From assembly GCA_951804945.1 (NCBI GenBank), contig OX638149.1, forward strand, positions 59,272,001 to 59,336,000: a stretch of 64,000 nt of DNA, written 5' to 3'. This DNA comes from Podarcis cretensis (Eukaryota). The position numbers and the translations under genes are program-made. This document shows, piece after piece, positions 1 to 10,406 of the stretch (its first letter is position 1; every line of letters begins with the position of its first letter). The notes under the pieces were generated by a model. It saw only the letters and a list, made by a program, of their open reading frames with translations, was not told the DNA's origin and ran no database searches.

Positions 1-212
1 TGCTTGGGCAAGGAATAAAAAGCAACCTAGTAGCCTTAAATAAAAGCCGAGAAAGGAAGTTTAACAATATACAGATCAAAAATAAAATTCATGAACAACT
101 TTCAACAAATGTCTACAACAGTTAAACACATGGGAACTGAAACAGCTGAAAGTCTGCAACTCCTAAGAACCTCTCTACAGATTCAATCAGAGATTCACCA
201 CTTGAATATTAC

Positions 213-276
213 CTCGAGGGGCTCCCCGAGGACCACTTTGTCCAGAGCCACGCTTGAAATTCTGTTGATATCCATC
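213..276 (-). CDS. CAPRIN1: CAPRIN1 exon 18
   Basis: ttctag|DGYQQNFKRGSGQSGPRGAPR|gtaata; 64 nt. Confidence 0.96.
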
Positions 277-367
277 CTAGAAAAAAAGATGACCAAAGAG
301 AAGTGCAACAAGTTTCATTAAAATGGTTTTAAAAGTTTGTCATTTCAGTATTTTATTTCAGGATATA

Positions 368-730
368 CTGTATTTTTCACTCTGTAAGACGCACCCACCA
401 TAAGACGCACCTAGTTTTAGAGGAGAACAGGAAAGAAAATATTCTCTCCCTCTCTGCGCAGCGCCCCTTCAGAGAAGTGGCAGGAGAAACAGAGCCCCTT
501 CCATTTCTCCTCCCGCTTCGCTGAAGGGGCATTGCGCAGAGAGGGAAAGCTGCACAGCACCTCTCCAGTGAAGTGAAGCCAGGAGAGCAAGAGGGATCGG
601 TGCGCACTGATCCGTCTTGCTCTCCTGACTTCAGTGAAAGCTGCGCAGCCTGCATTCACTCCATAAGATGAACACACGTTTCCCCTTACTTTTTAGGAGG
701 GGAGTGTGTCTTATAGAGTGAAGAATACGG
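368..730. mobile_element. Non-autonomous Tc1/mariner (Tc2-like) DNA transposon
   Basis: TIRs ctgtatttttcactctgtaagacgcac ... gtgtgtcttatagagtgaagaatacgg; TA flanks. Confidence 0.8.
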
Positions 731-2022
731 TAATTTTTGGAAATCCCTGTCCAGGATGCAAATGGGCATATGTGCTATTTCAGTCACACCCTTAAAAGCC
801 ATTTCAGAAGATTGGGGGACAAGGGGATGCAGCTAAAGAGAAAGCCATTAGCACCCTTCCTTTCTTGTGCACACATAGAAATGCTTTCTGTTCACACATG
901 GGGCAGATGGAATTCTGGCCCCAGGGAATCAAAACCCAGAAAATGACAAGCTGGAATTTGAACACAATATTGCAATGTCCCTAAGAACAGAATTCTAGTC
1001 AATCTAGAACAAGAGACTTGCAATGTTGCTCAGGAGGGGTAGCAGGGGGAGAAGACAAGAATTTGGAGTGGTGAAAGAATCCCTTTTTTTCCTCAACTTC
1101 CACCCATCCCCTGGTGATCCTATGTCATTCCATATAGCACTAGGCAGCTGCCCACCCCAAGCCACAGTATTTTATAACTATTATTTGAGGCAGGAGAAGA
1201 GAAGCACAGCCATCTTTTTTCATTTCCTTCCTCCTGAGAAAGCCACCACTTCGCTTAGGGAGAAGAGTTGGGCTTTTTAACTGCACAGCACTCATTCCCT
1301 CCCAACTTGAACCCTCTGCAGCTCCAGGGCACTTACTATATGCTGCCAGGGGCTTGAGGAGTCCAACTTCCTATCTTTGTCTGCCCTCTCCCTCCCTTCA
1401 AATGACACACTTTCTGCGTCTCAACTCAACCAGAGGTATAACTGGTAAGATTCTCAAAGGCTGCTGGACCTCTGGTTTTTTAGGCAACAGATGGGAACCT
1501 TTGGCCCTCCGGATGCTGCTGAACTACAACTTCCATCAACCTCAGCAAACATGGCCATTGGCTAGGCATGATGAGAATTGTAATCCAAAAACATTTAGAA
1601 GACCAAAGCTCCCCCACATCTGCTCTAGACCCTCCTCTCTCTTGGCCATTAGCAGTTCAAGTTCACAGATTGCTGTCAGATATTTTGGGGTGGCTCAAGT
1701 TAACAAACTGCCTTATATTTGGCAGTATAATTCTATACTTCTACATACTAGAGTTATGTAGAAACTTCTCCCTTATTCTTTGGTGAGTTCATTTTGCTTC
1801 TCAGGAGCAAACTTTGCAGACTAGGAGGCAGAAAGTATATAGGCAGTGGCCTATTTGTACCCAATGAGAAAACTGTTAACCAAGAATTTCTAAAAGTAGA
1901 TTTTATCTTTAGGTTAAAAATCAATCCAAATATTAATTTCTTATGCAATGAAACTTATTAAAATATGCATTTTCTCAAGCATTATAAACTAAGGAACTCC
2001 TTCCACTGTCCCATCAACTTAC

Positions 2023-2123
2023 CCGCTGGTAGGTGGAATAGTCGCGAGGAGCACTGAATTGTGCCTGTGTGTAACCACTATTTGGAGTGTTGGAAAATGA
2101 AGGGCGGTAGCCATCATAACCTC
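2023..2123 (-). CDS. CAPRIN1: CAPRIN1 exon 17
   Basis: ttttag|GGYDGYRPSFSNTPNSGYTQAQFSAPRDYSTYQR|gtaagt; 101 nt. Confidence 0.96.
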
Positions 2124-2979
2124 CTAAAAATCAGAGGGGAAAACTAATTGAAAAGTATTGCATACCTTATAAAGGATATATGTATATATTCAGAATAAAA
2201 AAAATATTCAATTTAAGGAAAAAATGTTCTGTATTAAAGAAAGCTATCCAAAGGTCATCTAAGAGATTGAGAGAGAAAACACACCGGAAGGAAAAATTTC
2301 AAGCTGGTAAGCTTTCAGTATAGACATTGTAGTTGTAGTCCAATATCATCTTGGGACCCAAGGTTAAAAAGCACAGTGACAGGCTTTTACAATGTAATAA
2401 TGTGCAGCAGAAAAATACAGTATGCATCACACCTAACCCTTCCTGATACAAAGTAAGTGGATACACATTTAAACTGCACCTGGGCTCCTGGGCACTATTC
2501 ATTGTCTTCAGTTTTGTTCAAGACTTCACATTGTGTGTAATATATATTTAGCAATGTCATTATTTAAAGTGATTTAATAAATGCAGGCACCAAAATAAAG
2601 AATCCCACCAAATGCCATAGTCTGAATAAATGAAAGACTTGCTTTTGTAAGCCAAGGAAGTAACAAGCCCTGAAAAAGATGCAGCCATTTAGCAGGTTAC
2701 AAAAATGGAAAGTCAGTTTCATACTACATCATGTTATGTTTCCAGTCAAACAACTCCATTGTTAGTTCATACTCATAGCTTGCTGTCATGTAATTTTTAC
2801 TTAGTCCCATATGCACTAATATTATAGCAGAGCAAAAGCAGCAGCAAGCTGACCACTCTGTAGTATATTAAATTAAAAAAAAAAAATCAAAGCATGCCAC
2901 TACAATGCTTAAGCTTCTGGACAGTTTGCATTTCTGGAAAACATTCAGAATTAGTCTCAAAAGGTTTTTAAGTTTTTAC

Positions 2980-3174
2980 CTCTAAACCCATTGGCTGGTC
3001 CCCTGTATCCATTCATTAAGCCTCGAGTGCCGCGTGATCCACCACGAGACACTCCTCGGCTGTTATAATAAGGCTGACTGTTACGTGGGAACCCAGTATT
3101 CTGTTGTGGAGGCTGCTGGTGGTTACCTGCCACTTGATGGGACTGGTCCGGGGAACCATGGTAGGTGCCAACCA
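2980..3174 (-). CDS. CAPRIN1: CAPRIN1 exon 16 (RGG region)
   Basis: ttttag|VVGTYHGSPDQSHQV...YYNSRGVSRGGSRGTRGLMNGYRGPANGFR|gtaaaa; 195 nt. Confidence 0.97.
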
Positions 3175-3668
3175 CTAAAATGAAGAGAGAGAGAGAAGAA
3201 AGAAGTGCAAAAAGCTTGAATTTACTTATAATTCCAGTTTCCTAAAGACTCAAATAATATCAAGCTAACTCACCAATGAACTTTGCTTAAGAGCCACCAA
3301 GTACGACAGTAAATGTTTACCTACCTAAAGAAAGATTGTTTGCAGAATTAAATTGAACATTGCAGTCTAAATACCCTGATCATTGAGAATGCTCTCTGGA
3401 TGTCCTTTGGCATAACCACACAGATTTAATTTGATAGTGCTTAACATTTGGGAGGTGAATTTTTATTTCATGTAGTGCATAAATGTACCAAACTGCACTT
3501 TTCTCCTAAGTCCCTACAAATACTATAAAACTTCCTTCCACCTCACCATACATGCTTGAAATGCTACTTCAACAGCATCAATCAAGATATGCTTTGTTTG
3601 GTCTACATTATCTTGAAAACTTATCTTTTCAGAATGAAGCATTTAAGTTCTATCTTTCACAAGTTTAC

Positions 3669-3822
3669 CTGTCTGAAGCTGCTGTTCTTGCTGAAGTTCC
3701 GATTGCTCTACTTGGTGAGGCTGATTGGAGAAAGGCTGGCTGTAACTGGTCTGGTACTGATTTTGTTGCTTTAAAGTTTCTGGCTCATTGACAGGAGGAA
3801 CAGGTGCATTCATGTTAAATAC
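3669..3822 (-). CDS. CAPRIN1: CAPRIN1 exon 15
   Basis: atatag|VFNMNAPVPPVNEPETLKQQNQYQTSYSQPFSNQPHQVEQSELQQEQQLQT|gtaaac; 154 nt. Confidence 0.96.
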
Positions 3823-4026
3823 CTATATGAGAAGTAAATGAGAACCAAAGAGATTCAATATTCTGAATAAATTGATAAATTACCACATACACTTTGCAAC
3901 TTTTAGAAAGTTAAATGTCTTGGAAACTATTACTACTGTCCACGGTACAATTAACCATTATGTAATCAAGATGCTGACTTCCAAATGTTTTGTAGTCTAT
4001 AATAAATATGATTGTTTAATACTTAC

Positions 4027-4176
4027 TGTCTGCATGGACTGGAATGGAGCTGCATTAACATTTATTCCGCTGCTATGCAAAGGTTTGCTAGAGGCAGCCT
4101 GAAATACCTGAGGCTGGGATGCAGCTGGAAGAGGCGATGATGTTGGTGTCTGATCTGCACTTAAGGTTATTGAAGC
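4027..4176 (-). CDS. CAPRIN1: CAPRIN1 exon 14
   Basis: tggcag|ASITLSADQTPTSSPLPAASQPQVFQAASSKPLHSSGINVNAAPFQSMQT|gtaagt; 150 nt. Confidence 0.96.
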
Positions 4177-4436
4177 CTGCCAAATAAATTTCAATCTGAT
4201 GTTAGCAAGCCATGAATCAACTTCGTGTGATATCATATTATAAAAGCATAGGTAACTGATGGCCAAGCGTTCCCAAGACAAGGATAAGCTAAGATCCCTA
4301 CTTATCTAACACTTATTATCATGCTCTATGGTCTTTGAGATATGGACCTAAGTATTGTCCCTCTGCACTATACCCATATACAGTTACACTGAATCAGTAA
4401 TGTCCCTCCTCCCCTTGCCAAGCAAAATGAACTTGC

Positions 4437-4547
4437 CTGAATCTGGTCAATTGATTCTTTCTGAGGCCGTTGTTCTGTTGAATGAGAAGGCTGATACATG
4501 GGCTGGGATGCTGTATATCCCTCACTTGTGGAAGAAACCAAGGGGAC
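4437..4547 (-). CDS. CAPRIN1: CAPRIN1 exon 13 (GC donor)
   Basis: tgacag|VPLVSSTSEGYTASQPMYQPSHSTEQRPQKESIDQIQ|GCaagt; 111 nt. Confidence 0.94.
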
Positions 4548-5248
4548 CTGTCAAAGTTTTAAAATTAAGCAGATACTCCTGCCAGGGCCTCTGGGTAAAT
4601 TTCTTGCTATTAATCTCATATGGTTTTACTGACATCTGCACTAACAACATTCTTTTGCTCAGTTTGGCAATTACCTTTAGATTACCTTTAGTATTCATTT
4701 CTCCCAGTAAACAATTACAAGTTTTGCCAAAAGTTTTATTTTGCAAGTTTCCATCACAGCCAGATGAAAAAAAAAACATTTTGCTAAAATTTTGCCACAT
4801 TTTAGTATCTGCAGAACTGCATGCAAACATAGATGTTCATGCTCCTGAGTGCAGGCTAATACTAATTTCAAAATACTTGGGCCTCGGATAAGGACTTTCA
4901 CATGATGAGGGCAGGAATAGGCCTCAGACTTTCCTGACAACACACAAATTAAAAGCTTGTTATGAGCTAGGTGAACTGAGCTTACAATACACACATTAAT
5001 CATCAGATACAGATGTTTCTTTCAATTCCTTGTGGATTGGGAAGAAAACACTGATAGGCAAAACGTTCACATGGGGACTCCTGAGGACAAATCCCAGGCC
5101 CAAACATGTAATAACAGGAATCTGTCTTACAGAGCACCAAAAGACTGATGTGCCTCTGGCTTGTCTATGCCGACTGGCAGCAGCTCTCCAGGGTTTATGG
5201 GGAACAGAGAGGAAATTCAGCCAATAGTTGTCCAGGTACAGTTCTTAC

Positions 5249-5310
5249 CTGTGTGGCTTCAGGTTGGACAGGAACCTGGGTGGACTGCGCAAGCCTCGAT
5301 TCAGTATGAA
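5249..5310 (-). CDS. CAPRIN1: CAPRIN1 exon 12
   Basis: ttccag|VHTESRLAQSTQVPVQPEATQ|gtaaga; 62 nt. Confidence 0.95.
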
Positions 5311-5643
5311 CTGGAAATACAGTAATATTACCCATAATAAAATAGTGTGTGTATGAGATGTTATCTGAACTACTGTCTGTTTAATATAAGCTTATACATT
5401 TCTGCTGTAGAATACTGCATTGAAATTAAACATTAGTTTTCCACATAAAACCTAATAGCTGCAAGCACAGCCTCAGATTGTATCCGATTTTTTATTAATC
5501 AACTACTTGCTCTTTGTTCAGTATTTACAAGCCTGCCATCAAACAGACTTCACCAGAATATAAAAATTAGTTCACATCCTACTAGCCTCACTTGAAAACC
5601 TAGAAGATGACAAATGTTTCTACCAATCAACTCCCTTGACAAT

Positions 5644-5702
5644 AATGCACATTTCTAGATTTAGATTTCTGAATGCACATTTCTAGATTTAGATTTCTGA
5701 AT
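5644..5702. repeat. Tandem duplication of a 28-bp unit
   Basis: aatgcacatttctagatttagatttctg occurs twice in tandem. Confidence 0.85.
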
Positions 5703-5773
5703 TTTTAGTAACTTAGTACTTCCAACTATACCAAAATCTTACTCCAACTAGATATTAATTTGATTTTACCAAC

Positions 5774-5882
5774 CTGGAGGGCAAACCATCTGGGGTATAT
5801 CCAAGTTTTGTGCTGCATTCATAGGCTGAGCTGAAACAATAGCAGGGTCGAGGGCCTGATTCTCAAATTCCAACATGGAGTC
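5774..5882 (-). CDS. CAPRIN1: CAPRIN1 exon 11
   Basis: atctag|DSMLEFENQALDPAIVSAQPMNAAQNLDIPQMVCPP|gttggt; 109 nt. Confidence 0.95.
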
Positions 5883-5942
5883 CTAGATAATTAAGACAAG
5901 ATTCAAGCAAGCTACACAAGAAACAAGATCCCTTCAAAAGTA

Positions 5943-6308
5943 CCATATATACTCGAGTATAAGCCAATGTTTTCAGCACATTTTTTATGCTGAAAAAGCC
6001 CACCTTGGCTTATACTTGAGTGAGGTGGGTGGCGGCGGTGGCAGAGGGACGAGCAACCCGAAAGGAGCCCTTTCTCGCCGCTGGTCCCGCCACCTCTAAC
6101 AAGGGGGCAGGCACAGGAGCCGCGGTTGGGAGAGGTGCTGCGCTGTGCCTTTCGGGCTGCTTGTTCTTCCTCCGCCGCTGCCGCCACCACCAGGTTTGTG
6201 GTGTGGTGAACCGGCTTATACTCAAGTCAATAAGTTTTCCCAGTTTTTTGTGCTAAAATTAGGTGCCTCAGCTTATATTTGGGTCGGCTTATACTCGAGT
6301 ATATACGG
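5943..6308. mobile_element. Non-autonomous Tc1/mariner (Tc2-like) DNA transposon
   Basis: TIRs cc(a/g)tatatactcgagtataagcc ... ggcttatactcgagtatatacgg; TA TSD; GC-rich core. Confidence 0.85.
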
Positions 6309-6443
6309 TAACCAGCAAGCCAGCCAGGGCTGACTTCTCTGAATTAAATGAATGCAAGTGAAATGTGCCCAATTTCAACTGGACTGTAATTCCCGAGAAT
6401 CCCTTTTGACCAAATCCAACTATGAATAAGGAAAACAACATAC

Positions 6444-6599
6444 CTGCATGAAGTTGTAGGGGCCTTGCATTTGTGCCATAAGGTCCTGTACTCGTTGTCT
6501 CCTAACAAGAGGATCTGCTTGAGCCACAGCAGTAAGCATATGGGCATCTGGAACTGGAGGAGATGTAGCCTGTGGCTGTTGCTGGAGCGAATTTACCAC
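6444..6599 (-). CDS. CAPRIN1: CAPRIN1 exon 10 (start of the G3BP-binding segment)
   Basis: atgtag|VVNSLQQQPQATSPPVPDAHMLTAVAQADPLVRRQRVQDLMAQMQGPYNFMQ|gtatgt; 156 nt. Confidence 0.96.
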
Positions 6600-9079
6600 C
6601 TACATCAGAAATGGCCAACACTGAGAGTCAGTCTGTCAGTTTCAGCTACTGGCCCACTATTATTATCACAACCGCTAAACTGGATGTGCAAAATATGATA
6701 TGTAAAAGAATGCATTTCCTGCAAAGGAAAGCATTCTCTTTTAAAAATGAGTATCATAACTTAGTATCGCTGCTTGTTCAGCTTCACTAAAGATAGAGAA
6801 GTGAAAGTTGGCTGTAGTGAAAGTCGAGGGCACTAACACCTGACAATCCACCACTGAAACCCCTTTATTGTCAGCATCTATTTTGCTCACATGCTTTTGA
6901 TGTTGATTGGTAATATAATGAATAATGTTAATTTTAATCCAGACTGACAAATAATCTAATGGGTTCTGCTTGTGTTCAAGAATCTTTATCAAACATTCCC
7001 ACTCATCAGTTATTCTGCAGGAATATGAGGAAAACTGGCTCTGATGTTGTGCAAAGTATATAAATGCAGTTCTTTCCTCTGCAAGAATATATGTTGCAAG
7101 ATCAAAGCAAAAAGGAAAATGTATCAACAAAGTTAATTTGTGTTCCTTGAAAATATGTAAAATGTGTCCATGCGTTTTGCAACTGCGTGCATGCATGCTG
7201 CTTTTAGAATGCAATTGCATTTTGACATTTGAGGCTTTGAATAGCTGTAAGGCAAGGTTTGAAGTTCAGTTGTGCATTGAATTATTTCCATTCTTCAAGA
7301 GAGATTTCAAAGTTCTTTTTGCCTTTTGCAGACTTAGGAAATATTGGACTGGAGATACTTTATTTTAAGGAACTTTATACTACAAATGCCTGTAGAGAAA
7401 ATGGAAGGTGAAACTTGAGCAGTGTTACTAATAAAGTTGTTTCCACAGGAAACAGGTATTCGTGTGTATAAGTTGCTCAAAGTATATCTACAATTATCCC
7501 TATAGCATCTAAAGCAGTGATAGGGAATTTCTGATTCTCCAGATGTTGTCCCAGCAAACCCAGCCAGCATCGCCCACAGTCTGGGACAATGGAAGGCATA
7601 GTCCAGCAACAGCTGGAGAGCCAAAGGACATTCAACCCTGCTCTGATTAAACACTTGTGGTGCCACAAATTAGAGGCATTAAGGCAAGCAATGCAGTTTT
7701 AAATAGTCAAGGAATCATCAGCATTATCCAATACCTTCAAATTTTATAAGATTGAACTCCAAAATAGAGTGGACTTCAAAACCTGGTTATCCCAGAACCA
7801 ACATTTAAAGTCACATCATGGCTCAAAATGCACTGGTAATACTGCTGTAGTAATGTAACTTGTACATATATTTCATTGCACTTTTTATTCTATTTAAATT
7901 TAGCTCTTTTTTGTCTACTAATGCAGACATTTGGGGCTAGGTTTCCTGCCAAAAGGTTTTCTTCTAGTGCTAGAAAGTTCTGAGTGTTTCACTGAGCAGG
8001 CAGAATCCATATGTGAGACTGTAGAGACCATGAAGAATTAAAATAGCTTTAATATTCTTATTATCCAGAATTTCAAGTGTAACATTTTAATCTCAGGAAC
8101 AGGAGAAACCCACACACCCACACACACACACAGTTACAATCTTAGGTAACAATTCTTCTTTTTTAAAAAACTATTTCATTTGATAACCATCAACATTTAT
8201 CACAGATAGCCTTGCAACTACAAATGTTAAATGCTTGTGGCTTTTAATGATATATTGAAATTCCACATAAAATGCTGCATCCCGGCTTTAAGGTAGATGA
8301 ACAAAATGTTACAAAGTCTACTTCAGATAGTCAACTGACAGATGCACCATCTCTTCAAAGGCTGAAGACAACTGTGGACAAAGCTGTAAAAATTACAATT
8401 AGTTTATATTCTAGAGTTAGAGTGAACCAATGTTTTATAGAGTTCTACCATTCTGAAAACATCTGTTCTCCCTAATGGATGGGTTCATTCCAATTTGTTA
8501 ATGGAAACTATCTTAGGACAGACAGCATGCTGTAATTAGTCTTCCAATACCAGCTATACAAAGACTCCTGGAATATCAATATAAATCTCAATTACACTAT
8601 TTTACATATGGGAAGGTTTAGTGACTGTAGGAGGAAATTATAAAGCAGCACTAGAGCGTTTAATAACAGATATAGGCTTGGATCCCCTTCCTGCTCACTT
8701 CAACCCCCTGCTCAATCTAAAAAACTACTTCTAAGTCTCAGATTCTACAGAAGAATGTCAGAAGTAGTACTGAGAGCTACAGAGGAAGTGGGATACTGGC
8801 AGAAATAAGAGGATGGAACTTGTATAAACACCTTTGTATCTGAGCCATTTTCTTCTAACTTGTCAGTCTACTTTTAGTTGTGTACTAGCTTATGAAATGT
8901 GATTTAGTTTACATACTGAATTTTCGAAATGAACTGTGGGCAATAGCTAGCACTGACAAGGGGACTACCAGCTCAATCATGCTAAAAGACCACAATTCTC
9001 TTTAGATTTACAGCTGCATTCAAGCTACGAGGGAATGAAAACAGATTGTAATGTTACCTAAACATTCAGAACACCTTAC

Positions 9080-9166
9080 CTCAACAGTTTCAACTGTCCA
9101 CTCATCTACCTGTTCCTTCTCACTACTGCTGAACTGAGTCTCTGCCATGAACTGTCTGTTTACATA
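9080..9166 (-). CDS. CAPRIN1: CAPRIN1 exon 9
   Basis: ttttag|YVNRQFMAETQFSSSEKEQVDEWTVETVE|gtaagg; 87 nt. Confidence 0.96.
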
Positions 9167-9250
9167 CTAAAATAAAAGTGAGAGAGTACAACAGTAAGAC
9201 AGTAGCATTCATTTTTAAAAGGTGCCTACAATCTTTCCACTGTTTAGTAC

Positions 9251-9303
9251 CTCTGTTGATTCAACTTCACTGGGTTCAGTGTATTCTTCCGTTGGTTCTG
9301 GCT
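9251..9303 (-). CDS. CAPRIN1: CAPRIN1 exon 8
   Basis: tcttag|EPEPTEEYTEPSEVESTE|gtacta; 53 nt. Confidence 0.95.
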
Positions 9304-9429
9304 CTAAGAGGAAAATACATGATTTTAGGTAATGCTATACTGAAACATAATACATAACTTTTAGTTTACCGTTACCTTACAATTTTAATTTACTATTAAC
9401 AATTTTAGTAGAGATACATTCATACAAGA

Positions 9430-9909
9430 AACCACTTTTTGCAGTGTTCTGAGCTTATATTTGGTGCCTTTGTTTGCTATTTATTTTGGGGTTTTTTATT
9501 TTGAAGCTTTTTCAGTTAATTTGTTTTTGTGACTGTGTGGATCCCAGTTCAGAAATTGATTGATTGATTGATTGATTGTGTGACTGCAGAAATGAATAAA
9601 AGCCCCCCATCCAAACAATGACTATCATCAGTGCAGGTAAGAAAAAAAAATAATTTTTATTTTTATCATCTACAATACTGTTTTATTTATTTTATAGTAC
9701 AGTATGTTGTTTATTGCTTTCATTTGATGGATTGATGGTCTCGTAAGATAGTAAAATTCATGTTAAATTGCTGTTTTAGGGGTTGTTTTTGAAAGTCTGG
9801 AACGGATTAATCAGTTTTGCAATACTTGCTATAGGAAAGCACGCCTTGGTTCTGGAACTCTTTGGTTATGGAACAGACTTCCGGATGTTTGAGAACCAAG
9901 GTACCACTG
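9430..9909. mobile_element. Truncated Tigger/pogo-like DNA element
   Basis: Right end gagaaccaaggtaccactg|ta matches the CAGTGGTACCT TIR family seen at 18.6-19.3 kb; left boundary approximate. Confidence 0.6.
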
Positions 9910-10271
9910 TAGTTAAATTTTAAGTACTTTTAATTTTAAGAATTTAGTATGCATACAAGACAAAGGTTGGTCATAATAAGCACCCTGTAAAGGAAACATA
10001 CCCACACTACAAACTTTATCTGGTTTAGAGAACTACAGGTTGTTTGGGGAAAGCCACAGAAAGTTATTTTAAATCAGTTTAAGTTTGTAGGATAGATATA
10101 ACCAGTTACACAAGATTCTAGTTTTGTTTTCTATGGTCGGCTCCAATAAAACAGTAAAGGTTTCAGTAAGCCTATAAATCTACTGAAGTTGCAATTCTAT
10201 GCACATTAACTTGGAAATAAAACACATTAACAAGCCTAGGATTAGGCTCCAAATATATATTTTTTAGTTAC

Positions 10272-10406
10272 CAGTTTCTGCAACAGCATCTTCAACTGTA
10301 GGTGCAGACACCGTCTCCTCTTCTTCACATAATCCATTCTGCTGGTTGTGAGTGTCAAAGTAACTTGTTTGAAGAATACGTTCAATAACTTCTCTTAGGG
10401 CTTTAT
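10272..10406 (-). CDS. CAPRIN1: CAPRIN1 exon 7
   Basis: taacag|YKALREVIERILQTSYFDTHNQQNGLCEEEETVSAPTVEDAVAET|gtaact; 135 nt. Confidence 0.96.

Noticed and set aside
4355-4891. 178-aa plus-strand ORF
   Set aside because: Antisense to CAPRIN1 exon 13 and intron sequence; non-ATG start; no homology recognised.
6741-7340. 159-aa intronic ORF and GCATGCATG (RBFOX-like) motif in intron 9
   Set aside because: No homology, non-ATG start and no flanking splice sites identified; a single motif is too weak to call.
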